From Paraphysomonas bandaiensis (lineage: Eukaryota > Protista > Chrysophyceae): a stretch of DNA of 64,000 bases. A program made the translations under genes and the position numbers. Under the pieces are notes generated by a model that saw nothing but the letters and a program-made list of their open reading frames with translations, did not search any database and was not told the origin of the DNA. The stretch spans positions 62,001 to 126,000 of the forward strand of contig CBFFRP010000285.1 in assembly GCA_965644295.1 (NCBI GenBank). The letters run 5' to 3'. Every line of letters begins with the position of its first letter. The first letter of the stretch is position 1. Of this stretch, positions 24,141-36,291 are shown piece by piece.

Positions 24141-26757
24141 TTACGATGGCAAGGGGTCATACAGATTTGCAGTGAGATCAGCCATAGCCTCTGTCTGTGT
24201 TTCTGATAACGTGTAATTATGCTGAAGTTGATATTTGAGGTCTTCGAGTGCAAGCTGGTGAGTCCAGTGGAAAACGTTTATCCATCTATTCGAATGGGAC
24301 AAACACAAACGAGCTATTTTTCTAGCATTCTGGCTACTTTTTGCTGCCGCATCTGGGACTTGCATCCTCAGCTGTATCACAGCAAGGTTATGATAAGCTA
24401 CGGCGACCATACATAATTCCTTCGGTTTTGCTTCTTCAAAGGCAAGTCGACCTTCTTCTATCATATCCAGAACCTGATAAAGAACCTAGCAAAACAGTTT
24501 CAATATAAATCACTATGAACCCAGTAAGTATATATACCTTATGTGCCGCTTTAAAATTAGAAATTTGGTATTTGCAACATGAGAGCATTAGTAAACACTG
24601 AGCAACATACGAATCGTTTCCTAGCTTTCTGTGGGTGGCCAACGCCTGCTCGGTATGAGACAGAGCCGCACTAGTCATTTTACGCTTAAAAAAATAGAAT
24701 GCTAGAGTGATGGCAATGTATGACTTCAATTCAGTGCGAGTGTCAGAACTAAATATATCTTCCCGCGCTGTCCAAGTTTCTGCGATTCGTATCATCTGCA
24801 TGCTTTTGTCAGATTGTTTATTCTCTAATGCCAGTGTTGCAAACGCATTGGCAACAATTACAAGCTGGTAGCAAAGCGGTCGTAATTCTTCTTCGCTTAA
24901 TCCTTCCTCATCCTCAATTTCAATTGCATCGACTTGCATTCGCCGAGATGACGATTTCGATTTTCCTCGACTTGCTGTCGTACTTGACATCTGCTTCGCA
25001 TGCGTTCGTCGATATGTGGCATCTATCCAGCACGAATCAAGGATACTAGATACTATTTCAAGGTATTGCATATAGTTCTTTCGCTCTCTTAAGGCATCAA
25101 GTGAATTCTGAAGTTGGTGTCCGTTTGGAAGGGAAAGCCACTCTGCATACACATCGCCAGATGAATAGAACCATATCGGGAAACACTTAGGTGGAGCGCG
25201 TACAACAGCAAGAGCAGTGCCAGTTCGACCAGTGGCTTGAATCTCGTCCCGCTGCTTTCGGTCTGATACTTTCATTTTAGTTTCTCCACTTCGGGCAACT
25301 TTCTTTACAGGATCGTTTTCCAAAGCGCGGAACCCGGCAGTCGAAATTTTACCTGAAGTTGATTTTTTCCTGCTTAACTTACCCTTTGGACTGCCATCGC
25401 TGTCTGTGGGCGCAGTTTTCGCTCCCCCGGTACCTGGCCGTTTAGATTTCTGCTCAACGGCCTCACGCTCGATCCGCAGATCTTTAAACATTCCTTGTTC
25501 CTTCAGATCACTCGGCTTGGTGGAATCGCCGTTGTCAATGAATTCAAAAACAGCAGTGCTCTGCGATTTACTAACAGGCACCTGTGAGCTTGCGAAGACC
25601 GATAGTATATGTCTCGCCAAATGATTCTCCCAGCTAAATTTATTTAGATACCCATCTATCTCTTCCTGTTCACTGTCGCGCCTCGGAAGGGTGACATACT
25701 GTTGCCCTTGTTCGTGTTTCACTTCGTCTGCATCAGCCACGACTTCTTCCTCTTCGTAAGAGTAAGTTTCCTCCACTGGTGGAAGGTGGCGATCTGGGGA
25801 TCCTGCTGCAGCTGGGGCCACATTTCTGGATCCACTCACATCAACCGTGCGCACTTTTGGAAGAGTGGAGTGGGATTCAGTGGGAGGGGAGGATCTGTCA
25901 TATTTATGCTTCGGCATCTTCCCAACCCGCTTTTTATTACTCTTATAACCCTTCATACCTTTCACTTTTGAAGCTTCACGAATCATTTCTCGGGATTTCA
26001 TAAGGACGGATTGTGTGGTGTCTGCCATGCGTTTCTCCAGAGGATCTAGTTCTTCCGAGCTGGTGGCAGAAACAGAGTTTATGATTCGTTCTTTTTCAGC
26101 CAATTCAGCCATAAATTCTGCTTTAGTTAGGCGCTTTTTCTTAGATTTCTGGGCTGAGACAGGAACAGGTGGGGCCACTGACTCAACGTATACTCTCAAG
26201 TGGTCTGGCACTGGACTTGAAGCATTAGCTGGACCATCACAAGTTTCGCCCTCTTCCCTGACAACAGCGCCTGTCGATGTTATAACAGCAGGCTTAATAG
26301 CATCTGCCGTCTCTCTTGAGGCACGAACTATTGCCTCTCTCGATTCACCCCGGTAGATATTCATTTGTGGGGCTGTATCATGATGGTTGCACGCTTGAAA
26401 GAATGCGTCATTCATCTCATCTGCGGCCTCGTTATCAATCTTCTGTCTCTGTGAATGAGTATTTGACTCTGTAGAGGTATCACTAGATATTTTCATATCT
26501 TGTAGCATCTCTTTCATCCGGTTTTCAAACTTAACAAAATAATTCATACCATCAGATACACAGTTATATGCATATATAACATCACACACCTCTGCTTCCA
26601 TTTTTTTCTTATATTCTTGAAGTATGGCCTCATTTTGCCTCCTCAAATCCTGTGTAATTATCATATCTATCAATACAATACACATATAACAATAATAGCA
26701 TCATACTTCTAAGAAGGCTTTCTTCTCTAATTCTGTTTTGTCAATTCCGTCGCTCAT
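24141..26757 (-). CDS. Uncharacterized protein with C-terminal TPR-like repeats (multi-exon)
   Basis: 749-aa ORF plus 107-aa last exon; AALSHTEQALATHRKLGNDSYVAQCLLMLS and VAVAYHNLAVIQLRM TPR-like helices; short 5' exons from ATG 26757. Confidence 0.7.
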
Positions 26758-27404
26758 AATAAACTATCAATTACTATATAATCAATCGTAAACTACGGTC
26801 AACAAGTAAACTATATGGTAATAATGATACTACTAGATAGATCTGCGATGCATTCAGCATGCCATGTATCTGGCACCATGCCCAGCTAGAGTTTGCAAGA
26901 TGCATATGAATGTTAAGTTATCTCATGCAACCTCATCTGCATACATACATACAGCCATATGCATATATATGACAACCGCCGTTACAAATTCGATATGTTA
27001 GTAATACAGAATAAATACAGAGTATACCGTCCATTGAAATTATAAAGTTTATGTTAAAACCATGTATTTTTCTATTAAAACTCTAGAATCTGGTATCACA
27101 AGGCTATAAATACCAGGATTTATAGCATACAGATCACACTGGCAGTATACTGCATGAGTGTGTACACCTATACTACCATATACTGCTGTACAGCAGTACA
27201 TAGAGCAGAGCTGTACTGCTGTATATAGAGAGCAGACAGCTGAGTCTGGCAGTACAGAGTGCTGTATAGGAAGTCCCTCCATTCTCTACCTTCTCATACA
27301 TACATACATGCATGGCATGGTACATGTATATGTATATGTATATGATCCAATCAATGCAAGTATAGAAGGTTCATAGCCTCTCCTGACTATATATATACTA
27401 TACA

Positions 27405-28086
27405 ATGAATGCACTTGGACTAATCAATTATGACACAGACTCAGATAATGAGAGCACTGTAGAGACAGATAATCCACAGCAACAACAACAATCAGATCAA
27501 TTACAAGAAGTGAAACATAATCATATAGCAGCATTAGATAATACACATAATACACGCAGTGATACTATTGATAGTGTATCGAATGATACAGTGACATGTG
27601 ATCCAGAAACAGTGGACAAAATACGACATTATATTTCCTTGAAAGAGAAAAATAACTTCTCTTTAACAGAGAGCATTCGCAGTAAAAAAGATTTTGGAAA
27701 TCCGTATATACTTCAGAAAGTTGTGGACTTCTATCATATTGATCAGGTACGGATGTTATACTCGTTGTATATCATTTGAACTATATCCCTATAGTACGGC
27801 TCTAATTATCCGAAGGAGATCTGGGACCCGTCAGCATACAAAAAGGTAGATATCACAAGTTCACACTTGAGAATATAATGTGACAATTATGTATATCTAG
27901 TTTGATTTTGACAATGGATCTGTACAAATTGCTTCTCAACCTCAACAAGAAAGCAGTGACAGAGTCATTAAAGGTAGCGAAAATGAGGGTGATAGCGCCC
28001 AAGGTTTCGGGAGAAAGAGGAAAAGTAGATGGGACAGCACTGAAGCAGACGAACAAAAATCAATCTCATTGCTGTCAAAGAATTAG
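27405..28086 (+). CDS. SAP30BP: SAP30-binding protein / HCNGP-like
   Basis: LGLINY N-terminus, SIRSKKDFGNPYILQKVVDFYHIDQ|YGSNYPKEIWDP, RKRKSRWD; 2 introns. Confidence 0.85.
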
Positions 28087-28461
28087 ATTTTATGCTATCT
28101 ACGAGTTGTACCTATATTAGTTTGTAGATTCTACTGTCATACTTCCTTGACCATGTATCAGAATTAGGATTGTAAGTAATGTACTTGGTGTTGGAAGTAT
28201 GCAGTATTTGTCTTCTTATTGTAAGTGTACTCTGCAGAGTTTATTGTAGTTATAGTGAGCGATGGTGAAGGCTTGTGGTCAGGATTGATGGACCTAAGTA
28301 AATATCTGAAATCTGAAAGATATATTTCTACAATTGAGTCGTAGTGCATGTGTGCATGTCAAATATCAAGTCACAGTTCTATAAACGCTACAATTATTTT
28401 TTTACAACACAAATATCTGAGTTGATATACCCGTAAGCCTAATGGGTATATCGCTCTGATA

Positions 28462-30162
28462 TCAACTGTCGAGAAGAATATTGATTATATTCAATTTCTC
28501 CTCGTCATCTGCTATGAAATAATTACATCTCATGTAGTCATTCCTTCTTATTGTTTCTACAGCTTTACAAAATTTAAACAAGCTCGGCATTATATGAGTA
28601 TTCCAGTGTTGGGAGTGGTAATATGGAGGCCCATGTAGATTGATTCGGCTGATGCGGAAGCGGTCTGTGCCACTTTGAATTTGCTCGTTGTCATCGCTTG
28701 TCTCCGACACATACTCCACGAGATCGCCTGTAGCACACCCAGTCATATGCATGTAAACAACCATCTGAATCTGGTCGTAAAGTGGAGGCTGTGGAGCAAT
28801 CCTTCCAACCCGTGATTTGGCTTCCACGACTACGGAGTGGCGACTCCACGTTTGTGCATCATCAAATGACATGTCTAACTGTTCACTAATACCATCTACA
28901 AACCCCACAATATAAAAGCGTGGGAACACTGGATTTAAAGAGAATAGCGAACTGGAGGGTGGTGACATCACGGGTGAAGTAGACAAAAATTGAATCTTCC
29001 CTGCGTGACAGGATGAACAAGAAACCGATCGGTTAGGGTTGTTCGGGCTAGATGTTACGCTATCCACCCGAGTAACTGTCACTTGACCTCGAAATTCTGA
29101 CCAGTACAGTCTGTGTCCCTCACACACCGCTCTCAGGTCACTAATAACTGCTTCGCTATTCCATTCCGCAGTGGTATCGATTTCACATACAATTACCTCG
29201 ATCCAATTGTCACTTTCGCCGCCCACACGAGGCCGCTTCGGTGCATTATGCACTGCACATTCACATATAAGCGTTTCCGACGCTGAAGAAAATTCGCCGA
29301 CACCAGCCAGCTTCTCAACCATGCCCAAAATAGTATGTAGTACCTCTCCGTCTACCACACCACCACCTTCGACACAATTGGCGGGAAGTCGCCGCCGCTG
29401 GTGTCGATATGATATTGGTTTTGATAAAAGGCCTTTATCTAACGCCGAGACCCGCTCTACGGAATATTTCATAGAGACAGGGAGGTCAAATATGTGTTTC
29501 AGTACATCATATAGTCCACACCGCCTCAAAAAAACTGCTTCCTGCTCCATCAATTTATTCCAGTCTCGTTCCGTCCGGAATCGCATGAAACCTGTGTTCG
29601 AAGAAAAGACAGGTGAAGGTTGGTGATTATCATCGTATACAGGCCATACTAGCATATAGTCATTTCGGCAATGGACAGGAAATCCAACCATCGATTCGTA
29701 CGTATCAATGGCACGTTCTTCACAAGCATTCCCATAACTAGTGCGAATTCTTGAACCTAAAATCTCATTAACAAAGGATACTTCATCTTCATCAAGAGCG
29801 AGTTTGGCATCAAAGCTATCAAGTGTCTTTTTGATACAATTCAATAATTCTGTCGATTGTTTTTGACTTGTTGTAACTTTACTATCACTCATTTTATCTA
29901 TAACGGATTGTATGGTAGCCTGTGAAGTGGGAGGAAGCTTGCTAAGAGAACTATAAACAGCTTCATCATCAGTAACTAGCTCTACACCAGTTATACTGAC
30001 ATCTAAATCGAGAAGATCAGGTAGATCTTGGTATATATATTTATCGAAGAGAGAGATTTTAGATTTCCATTTATTGTATCCAGCGATACCAGCAACATCA
30101 CTAGCGGATATACGTATAATATGAGACTCTATTTGTTGAGCTATATTGTCTGGAGGATCCAT
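28462..30162 (-). CDS. YqaJ-like viral recombinase / lambda-exonuclease-family nuclease with large insertion
   Basis: ISASDVAGIAGYNKW, YGNACEERAI, VGFVDG, VVVEAKSR, YDQIQMVVYM; intronless. Confidence 0.8.
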   Translation of the reverse strand: MDPPDNIAQQIESHIIRISASDVAGIAGYNKWKSKISLFDKYIYQDLPDLLDLDVSITGVELVTDDEAVYSSLSKLPPTSQATIQSVIDKMSDSKVTTSQKQSTELLNCIKKTLDSFDAKLALDEDEVSFVNEILGSRIRTSYGNACEERAIDTYESMVGFPVHCRNDYMLVWPVYDDNHQPSPVFSSNTGFMRFRTERDWNKLMEQEAVFLRRCGLYDVLKHIFDLPVSMKYSVERVSALDKGLLSKPISYRHQRRRLPANCVEGGGVVDGEVLHTILGMVEKLAGVGEFSSASETLICECAVHNAPKRPRVGGESDNWIEVIVCEIDTTAEWNSEAVISDLRAVCEGHRLYWSEFRGQVTVTRVDSVTSSPNNPNRSVSCSSCHAGKIQFLSTSPVMSPPSSSLFSLNPVFPRFYIVGFVDGISEQLDMSFDDAQTWSRHSVVVEAKSRVGRIAPQPPLYDQIQMVVYMHMTGCATGDLVEYVSETSDDNEQIQSGTDRFRISRINLHGPPYYHSQHWNTHIMPSLFKFCKAVETIRRNDYMRCNYFIADDEEKLNIINILLDS

Positions 30163-30289
30163 ATACACTGTAGGAATTCCTAGTTAGATGGCGTTTACTT
30201 TATACATTACATACAATGACAGTTCTCGAGTTCAGAGTGAAGATATGGAATGATGAGGAGATACTACGTATATTCATGCACTGTAGGTT

Positions 30290-30291
<2 letters not shown>

Positions 30292-30321
<30 letters not shown>

Positions 30322-30668
30322 TGTATGTATGTATGTATGTATGTATGTATGTATGTATGTATGTATGTATGTATGTATGTATGTATGTATGTATGTATGT
30401 ATGTATGTATGTATGTATGTATGTATGTATGTATGTATGTATGTATGTATGTATGTATGTATGTATGTATGTATGTATGTATGTATGTATGTATGTATGT
30501 ATGTATGTATGTATGTATGTATGTATGTATGTATGTATGTATGCATGTATGTATGTATGTATGTATGTATGTATGTATGTATGTATGTATGTATGTATGT
30601 ATGTATGTATGTATGTATGTATGTATGTATGTATGTATGTATGTATGTATGCATGTATGTATGTATGT
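30292..30668. repeat. (TATG)n microsatellite
   Basis: Near-pure array between divergent start codons (30162 -, 30751 +). Confidence 0.98.
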
Positions 30669-30750
30669 TTAAGTTAATCTTGTCCACACCATACTATTAA
30701 CTCTTAGAACTCACCCGTCACTGTGACGGAACAAGTGTATCGTCAAACAA

Positions 30751-33154
30751 ATGATCCACTTCAGCAATACATTTGTGACATCTCTCCTTATATTTCTTTG
30801 TATATTAGCCTCTATAGATCTATGGCGACAATACATATCCAGATACGATGATGTACTCTTCTACCAATATTCAATGGGTTTACAATCCAGTAATGAGTTC
30901 TGGAAGATTGGATACCGTCTGGAAAATGCAGAGATTAAGCTTGAGAATCAGAGGAATTATCATGCAGCTGTAAGAGATGGGCTCAGGTCTCTATCATTGC
31001 CTTTAAGAGGACAGTCAAACGACTTCACTGGTAGACGACGTGCACGTCATATGCTTGAAGAGCTCGAGCATAATATTAATAATACAGTGGAAATTAAGTG
31101 TGAAGCAAATAATGAAAGGCTCCGAGTTGGCTCCAGTGACTACCGTACAGATGCCAGGGATTCGTGCTTAATATATACTGGCTCTTCTAGTACAACTCAG
31201 GGCCCTGACACAATGTTCGAAATTGTAGATTTAGGAGATGAAGCCTTTGGATTGAGGTCTTTATCGAATGAAAAATATGTTCAAGTTATACCGCCCGGAT
31301 CAGGAGACTCTTTTGATCCATGGAAGTTATCAGTAGGTGGAGTCGTACCGGGGGCAGCAGAGAGGTTTCGCATATCTCCCGATGGGTATCTTTATTCTGG
31401 CCTCGTGGGTGGGTGTTCAGAGCGTAATATTTGCTCTTAGTGTTCTCATTTAATGATAGGTGGATTTTTTTCGTGCTCTCCTAATAATGCTGTTACTGGT
31501 ACCAGCTACTCCCACATGGGGTCTAGGTTTCTTGTTGAACGCGTTTCTGATAAGGCTGGCGCAGCAGCTCGTGATCTCGCATCCCTTTCGGCTGAAATAA
31601 TGACCATACAATCTACCGCTATAGAGCGTGCTAAAGTAGACCACGCATCTAGGTAGCGTAGCCGTGATAGATGTTGTTTTTGTGACTGATGTGTTTATCC
31701 GGGTACTTCGTAGTGTTGCTTCTGCCGATGGTGCTGCTGAAGACGCTGGAAAAAATATACCTGCTACAAAAATATGTCTAGGTGGGTGGTGTGATATTCT
31801 TTTAGATATACTGCGCTGATGGGATCATTGATGGACTCAGGTGTTCCCATGACCTCTAAAGGAACTGCTATGAAAGAGATATCAGAATCACCTGTGTGGA
31901 GTAATCTATTTGACTCGTTCATGGAGGTATAGGATGAGTAGTGTTTTTTTGCTCTCTTAAACTTCTACAGTCCATCGACTGGCACAGCAATGAGCTTCAT
32001 TTCGGATTTTTCTTTGGTTTTGATAAGGCGGATGAGATGTACGACACTGGTGATGCCTGGTCAGACATACGAGAGTACTTCAGGGAACGGTATGAAAACA
32101 TCTGTAATGCCATTCACAATATATTTTTATTCGGCCTGTATATAGTGCTACTCAGCGTCTTCGAGATCAACTTGTAGATAACAGGTATGTGTTCGGTTGT
32201 TTAGCAATATACCTCCCATTGGATAAATGTTTTATAGTGCTATTGAGAAGATACTGAAGGAACAGCTATCTATAAAACTATCTCACTTTGACCATTTGGA
32301 GGTAATGATATAGATTCTCCCATGCTAGATTCATAGAAAAATATTGTAGGGGTCACCTACTCAAGTTGTTAGTCAGCTGATGCTCAAGGCTTATGCAGAA
32401 GGTTACGACTATTTCTACCAGGTTATTTACTTCCACATTTTCTCCATGCTTTTTCATGGTGTGTGCTACAGGTCAATGACGATACACAAATTATATCTCC
32501 GAATTGGGCAACTACTTTCATTAGTATTCTGTCGTCCAATCCCGTTGCACCTAACGTAGGGGTGACCGGTCCCTTAGATTTGAATAACGACAAAATATTT
32601 ACTCATAGTTTTGTGCATCGCACCCATATTGAGGTGGGGTTTGCGCTGTGTGTATGATTATGGCACTAACCATCAATAGATATTCGGCTATCTTTTCCCC
32701 CCGTCATTTAAGAACTGGTGGTCAGATGACTGGATATCTACTGTATATGGCGAAACACATACATTCAGGTGTGCAACATTTTAATCTGCGACATCAGTAA
32801 TAGATATTTTCTTGTGAGCAGGCCTGCAGATATTCATATTCAACACAATGTTGGCGCCCAAAAATTGGATGGTTATACAAGATATGCCGTAGACGAGGTG
32901 GGTACTCTTGTTGCCCACGATATTTTACTCATCGTGATGCTCAGGGTGCTAAGCTACGATTAGATAGAGAACTCATGGTCGGTTTTGTTCAGGTACGCAA
33001 TGTTTATCTCGTTAATGATGACATAAATACTTTTTACCAGATTGACAAATGGTTGGCAAAGCATTCCTTTCCTCGACTTCCACTTCCTGTTGTTTGTGGT
33101 TACATTCCTCTAGTGAGACATTTGGCAGATTCATTCGCCACGAAACAGAATTAG
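30751..33154 (+). CDS. Type II membrane glycosyltransferase (GT-A-like) with fascin-like beta-trefoil segment
   Basis: N-terminal TM; FEIVDLGDEAFGLRSLSNEKYV..ERFRI; GYDYFYQVNDD, GVTGPLD, THSFVHRTHIEIFG..KNWWSDDWISTVYG; many short introns. Confidence 0.75.
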
Positions 33155-33694
33155 CCATTGGTACAATGTAATAATAATTTTTTGTAGTGTATCATGTGCA
33201 TTAGCAGTAATAGCCTATTTGCCGTTTATCTGAAATTTTGTGTTTGGTTTATCCTTTTCAGTGTAGCCACATAGATACTGATATTTTAAGTATACGGTAT
33301 TCAGTATTCAGTATATCAACTCGATTAGTACATGACAGCATGTAAGCGTTACATGTAATGTTCAACAGTCAACAGCACTACGTAAATACCTATATAATTA
33401 AGTTAGTTACACAGACAGCTAGTTAGCTGTATTCTTAGTATTGACACTACTGTATACATAATACATATCATCTGCTATTTCCAAAGTAAACATACATTTC
33501 ACAAATATCATATTTATTCTCAGCGCTTTTTATTTTTTAGAGTCAATGGCTTAATAACTTTTGTAATGAATAGATATCTCAATGAGAAATGACACTTAAC
33601 TTTTGTCTTTCTCTGAAACTTTGAAGAATTTACTGATACACGTACTTGGTAGGATTGAAGGATTGAATATAGAGTGTGTATCTACATAAGGTAT

Positions 33695-33875
33695 ATTGAA
33701 GGTCTTTTTATTTAGCAATAGGCGTTAAAAACTCGTTCCCCCGATACAGTGGCTAGTTGAATGCTAGATCTACTAGTTAGACCTCTACCCATAACTAATC
33801 AGCACAAATTCTATTATCCTACTATTTAGCGCTACAGAAGCTGCTTGTGCGTCGTTGCAAGCACCAAGGTTCGCA
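33695..33875 (-). mobile_element. 3'-end remnant of the non-LTR retrotransposon family
   Basis: Reverse complement aligns with 56150-56321. Confidence 0.8.
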
Positions 33876-34227
33876 GCTGCCAGCTGCACGCTTTATTGTA
33901 TCATCTAATTGGTTTATATATTTATTCAAGTATTTAATCGTTCTAACTTAATTTTTCATGCAAAAAAGCAGAGCAATCAAATGCATCCTTGTAATCTTTG
34001 TCTACCAATAATTGGGAAACACAGAAATTAAAAGATCTAAACATCACTATGGTATGAAAAGTTTATGAATATGCTAAGATACAACCAGAATATGCATATC
34101 ATGATAATATAGAACCGAATCCTTATCGTGTCGTAAAGAAGGAAGAAATTATTCGCCAAAAATTACAATAAAGCTCATACAGCATACAGTACATAATAAA
34201 AACACACTACCTCTACGTTAACGAAAT

Positions 34228-35688
34228 TTACTTCTTCCTTCGTTTATCATATGATACTGAATACTCTAAGCCTTCATTCAATTTATTAAGGTCATTCTTG
34301 TACCACATCCCATCATAATTTTTGTCAAACAGATCGAACACAGCATTGACTTCATCATCGCTAATTTCTTTTGTTCCTTTAATAGACGCAAAGAGTTCGG
34401 CAAACTCCGACTTGGTAAGTTTTCCGGCACTACCAGGCTCATTAACTCGTTGATGGGCAAAATTAAGGAGAACGTCAATAGTGTGAGAGTCTGAGAAAAC
34501 ACTCTCCAATACCCTTCTCTCAGCCACTTGCAGTTGCTCCGCGGACTCAGGCGAGTCCCCACGCATATATCGCAGCAGTCGGTAAAACACAATTAACGAA
34601 GCACCAACGGAGCCGCCCGTCAGTGCGTAAAATATATGCTCCTGCTCCTCCAGTCCTGACAGAAGGTTCATGCCAAAGGCGCTAAAAACAGCACTGCACA
34701 CGCTCACACACACAGCGGAGGCAGCAAGGCTGGCGTTCAGCCACAATAACCGATTCCGCCGAATCTTCATGCTCAAGTCCGCGAGATCTTGCTTACTCTT
34801 AATCTTATGCTGTAGATGCATTACGTCGTGAAGGGAAGACGATAACCTCAGAGCGTAGTTTTCTAGGAGCAGTTCAGCATCCTCGTGCATGGATATGTCA
34901 AACTTCAGATCCTTAGCAGTAGCATTGGATCTGGCTGTCAGAAGCATTCCGGCCATATCCTCGTCATTATCAAGAATATTCTCAAGACTGGACTGGGCTT
35001 CTTTAAGCTCTAACTCGAATTCATATAGCAGATCAGCAAGTGGAGATAGTTTGTAGATAACATCGTCACTACTATTTGACCTGTTGGATCCATTCCACAT
35101 AAGTTTCTGTAACCATGATAAACGTTTTCCATTAGACTGAATTCCAAAGTTTTCACTACCATCTAAAGTAGCATTATGTAATAATGTATTATATAATGCT
35201 ATACGACGATCAAAATTATCACATATTTCTTTAAAAAGTTCTTCTAGTATTTGTAATTCAAAATCTTGATTTTCAGATCGTTGTGTTTTAACAAGCCGAT
35301 GTATCCATGCCTGTACAGCAGGTAGATGAGGATCAAATACAAGTGTTTTATCAGATAATAATATTGCTTTAATATTCCCTAATGATGCTAATACACATGT
35401 ATGACGTGGTAATAATACAGGTGATATTTTTCTACGTGTATATTTCATTTGTAATAAATGAGTATCATCAAATGACATTCCTAATGCTATAATATCACGA
35501 TAATGTAATGAAAACTGGGTTTTAATGCTCTTTAATGTAGTTTTCTTCTCATAATAATTCCAAAATTTATCAACAATAACTACATTAATTTCATTAGTAC
35601 GTAATTCAGATGAGAATTTTCGATATCTAAACAGTTGTTTCCATTGATGGATGATAGTAGAGAACATATGTGATCGATGTAATGTCAT
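34228..35688 (-). CDS. MRS2: MRS2/CorA-family Mg2+ transporter with C-terminal EF-hand-like segment
   Basis: LHYRDI, FELQILE, DNDEDMAGM, AELLLENY, RNRLL..SAFGMNL and second TM; FDLFDKNYDG. Confidence 0.9.
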   Translation of the reverse strand: MTLHRSHMFSTIIHQWKQLFRYRKFSSELRTNEINVVIVDKFWNYYEKKTTLKSIKTQFSLHYRDIIALGMSFDDTHLLQMKYTRRKISPVLLPRHTCVLASLGNIKAILLSDKTLVFDPHLPAVQAWIHRLVKTQRSENQDFELQILEELFKEICDNFDRRIALYNTLLHNATLDGSENFGIQSNGKRLSWLQKLMWNGSNRSNSSDDVIYKLSPLADLLYEFELELKEAQSSLENILDNDEDMAGMLLTARSNATAKDLKFDISMHEDAELLLENYALRLSSSLHDVMHLQHKIKSKQDLADLSMKIRRNRLLWLNASLAASAVCVSVCSAVFSAFGMNLLSGLEEQEHIFYALTGGSVGASLIVFYRLLRYMRGDSPESAEQLQVAERRVLESVFSDSHTIDVLLNFAHQRVNEPGSAGKLTKSEFAELFASIKGTKEISDDEVNAVFDLFDKNYDGMWYKNDLNKLNEGLEYSVSYDKRRKK

Positions 35689-36291
35689 GTTGATTTAAGA
35701 TGGTGATATTATGGGATGGAATTAGAGGCAGTCAGTGTATTGATATGATGATACATGGCATGGTACTGCTGTATATACAGTACAGTACAGTGACATCTTG
35801 AAGAGGTACTCTAGTGTCAACTGCTATAGATATACAATAACAGAATATGTATGTACTTCTTGTCCTGTATGTACAGTACAACCACTCTAGATTTTCCAGA
35901 TTTTCTAGATTTTAGACACCGATTTTGTTTTAAAAGCTGGAAAAGAGTATAATAATTTCATTATTTTCTTGGGTTTTTAGTATACTGTAATTGGTCGTGT
36001 TATTTCTGGACTGCTTTTGTACATATACACCAGCACCATATGTATGGTCTTGTACTTGTATACGACTGTATGTATGGTGTACACATGTATATGTATGTAT
36101 GTACAGAGAGTATATAGCAGTTAAGTCTGTGGTCTCATCTACTTGAAATAAGCCACCATCGACTATACATACATACTGCATAATAACCATAGATAAATGT
36201 AGATAACCTCCAGTATAACTTCTATCATCCTCAGCTATCTATATAGCGGGAGTTATCACACTATAATCACCACTCAAAGATGAGTATTACG

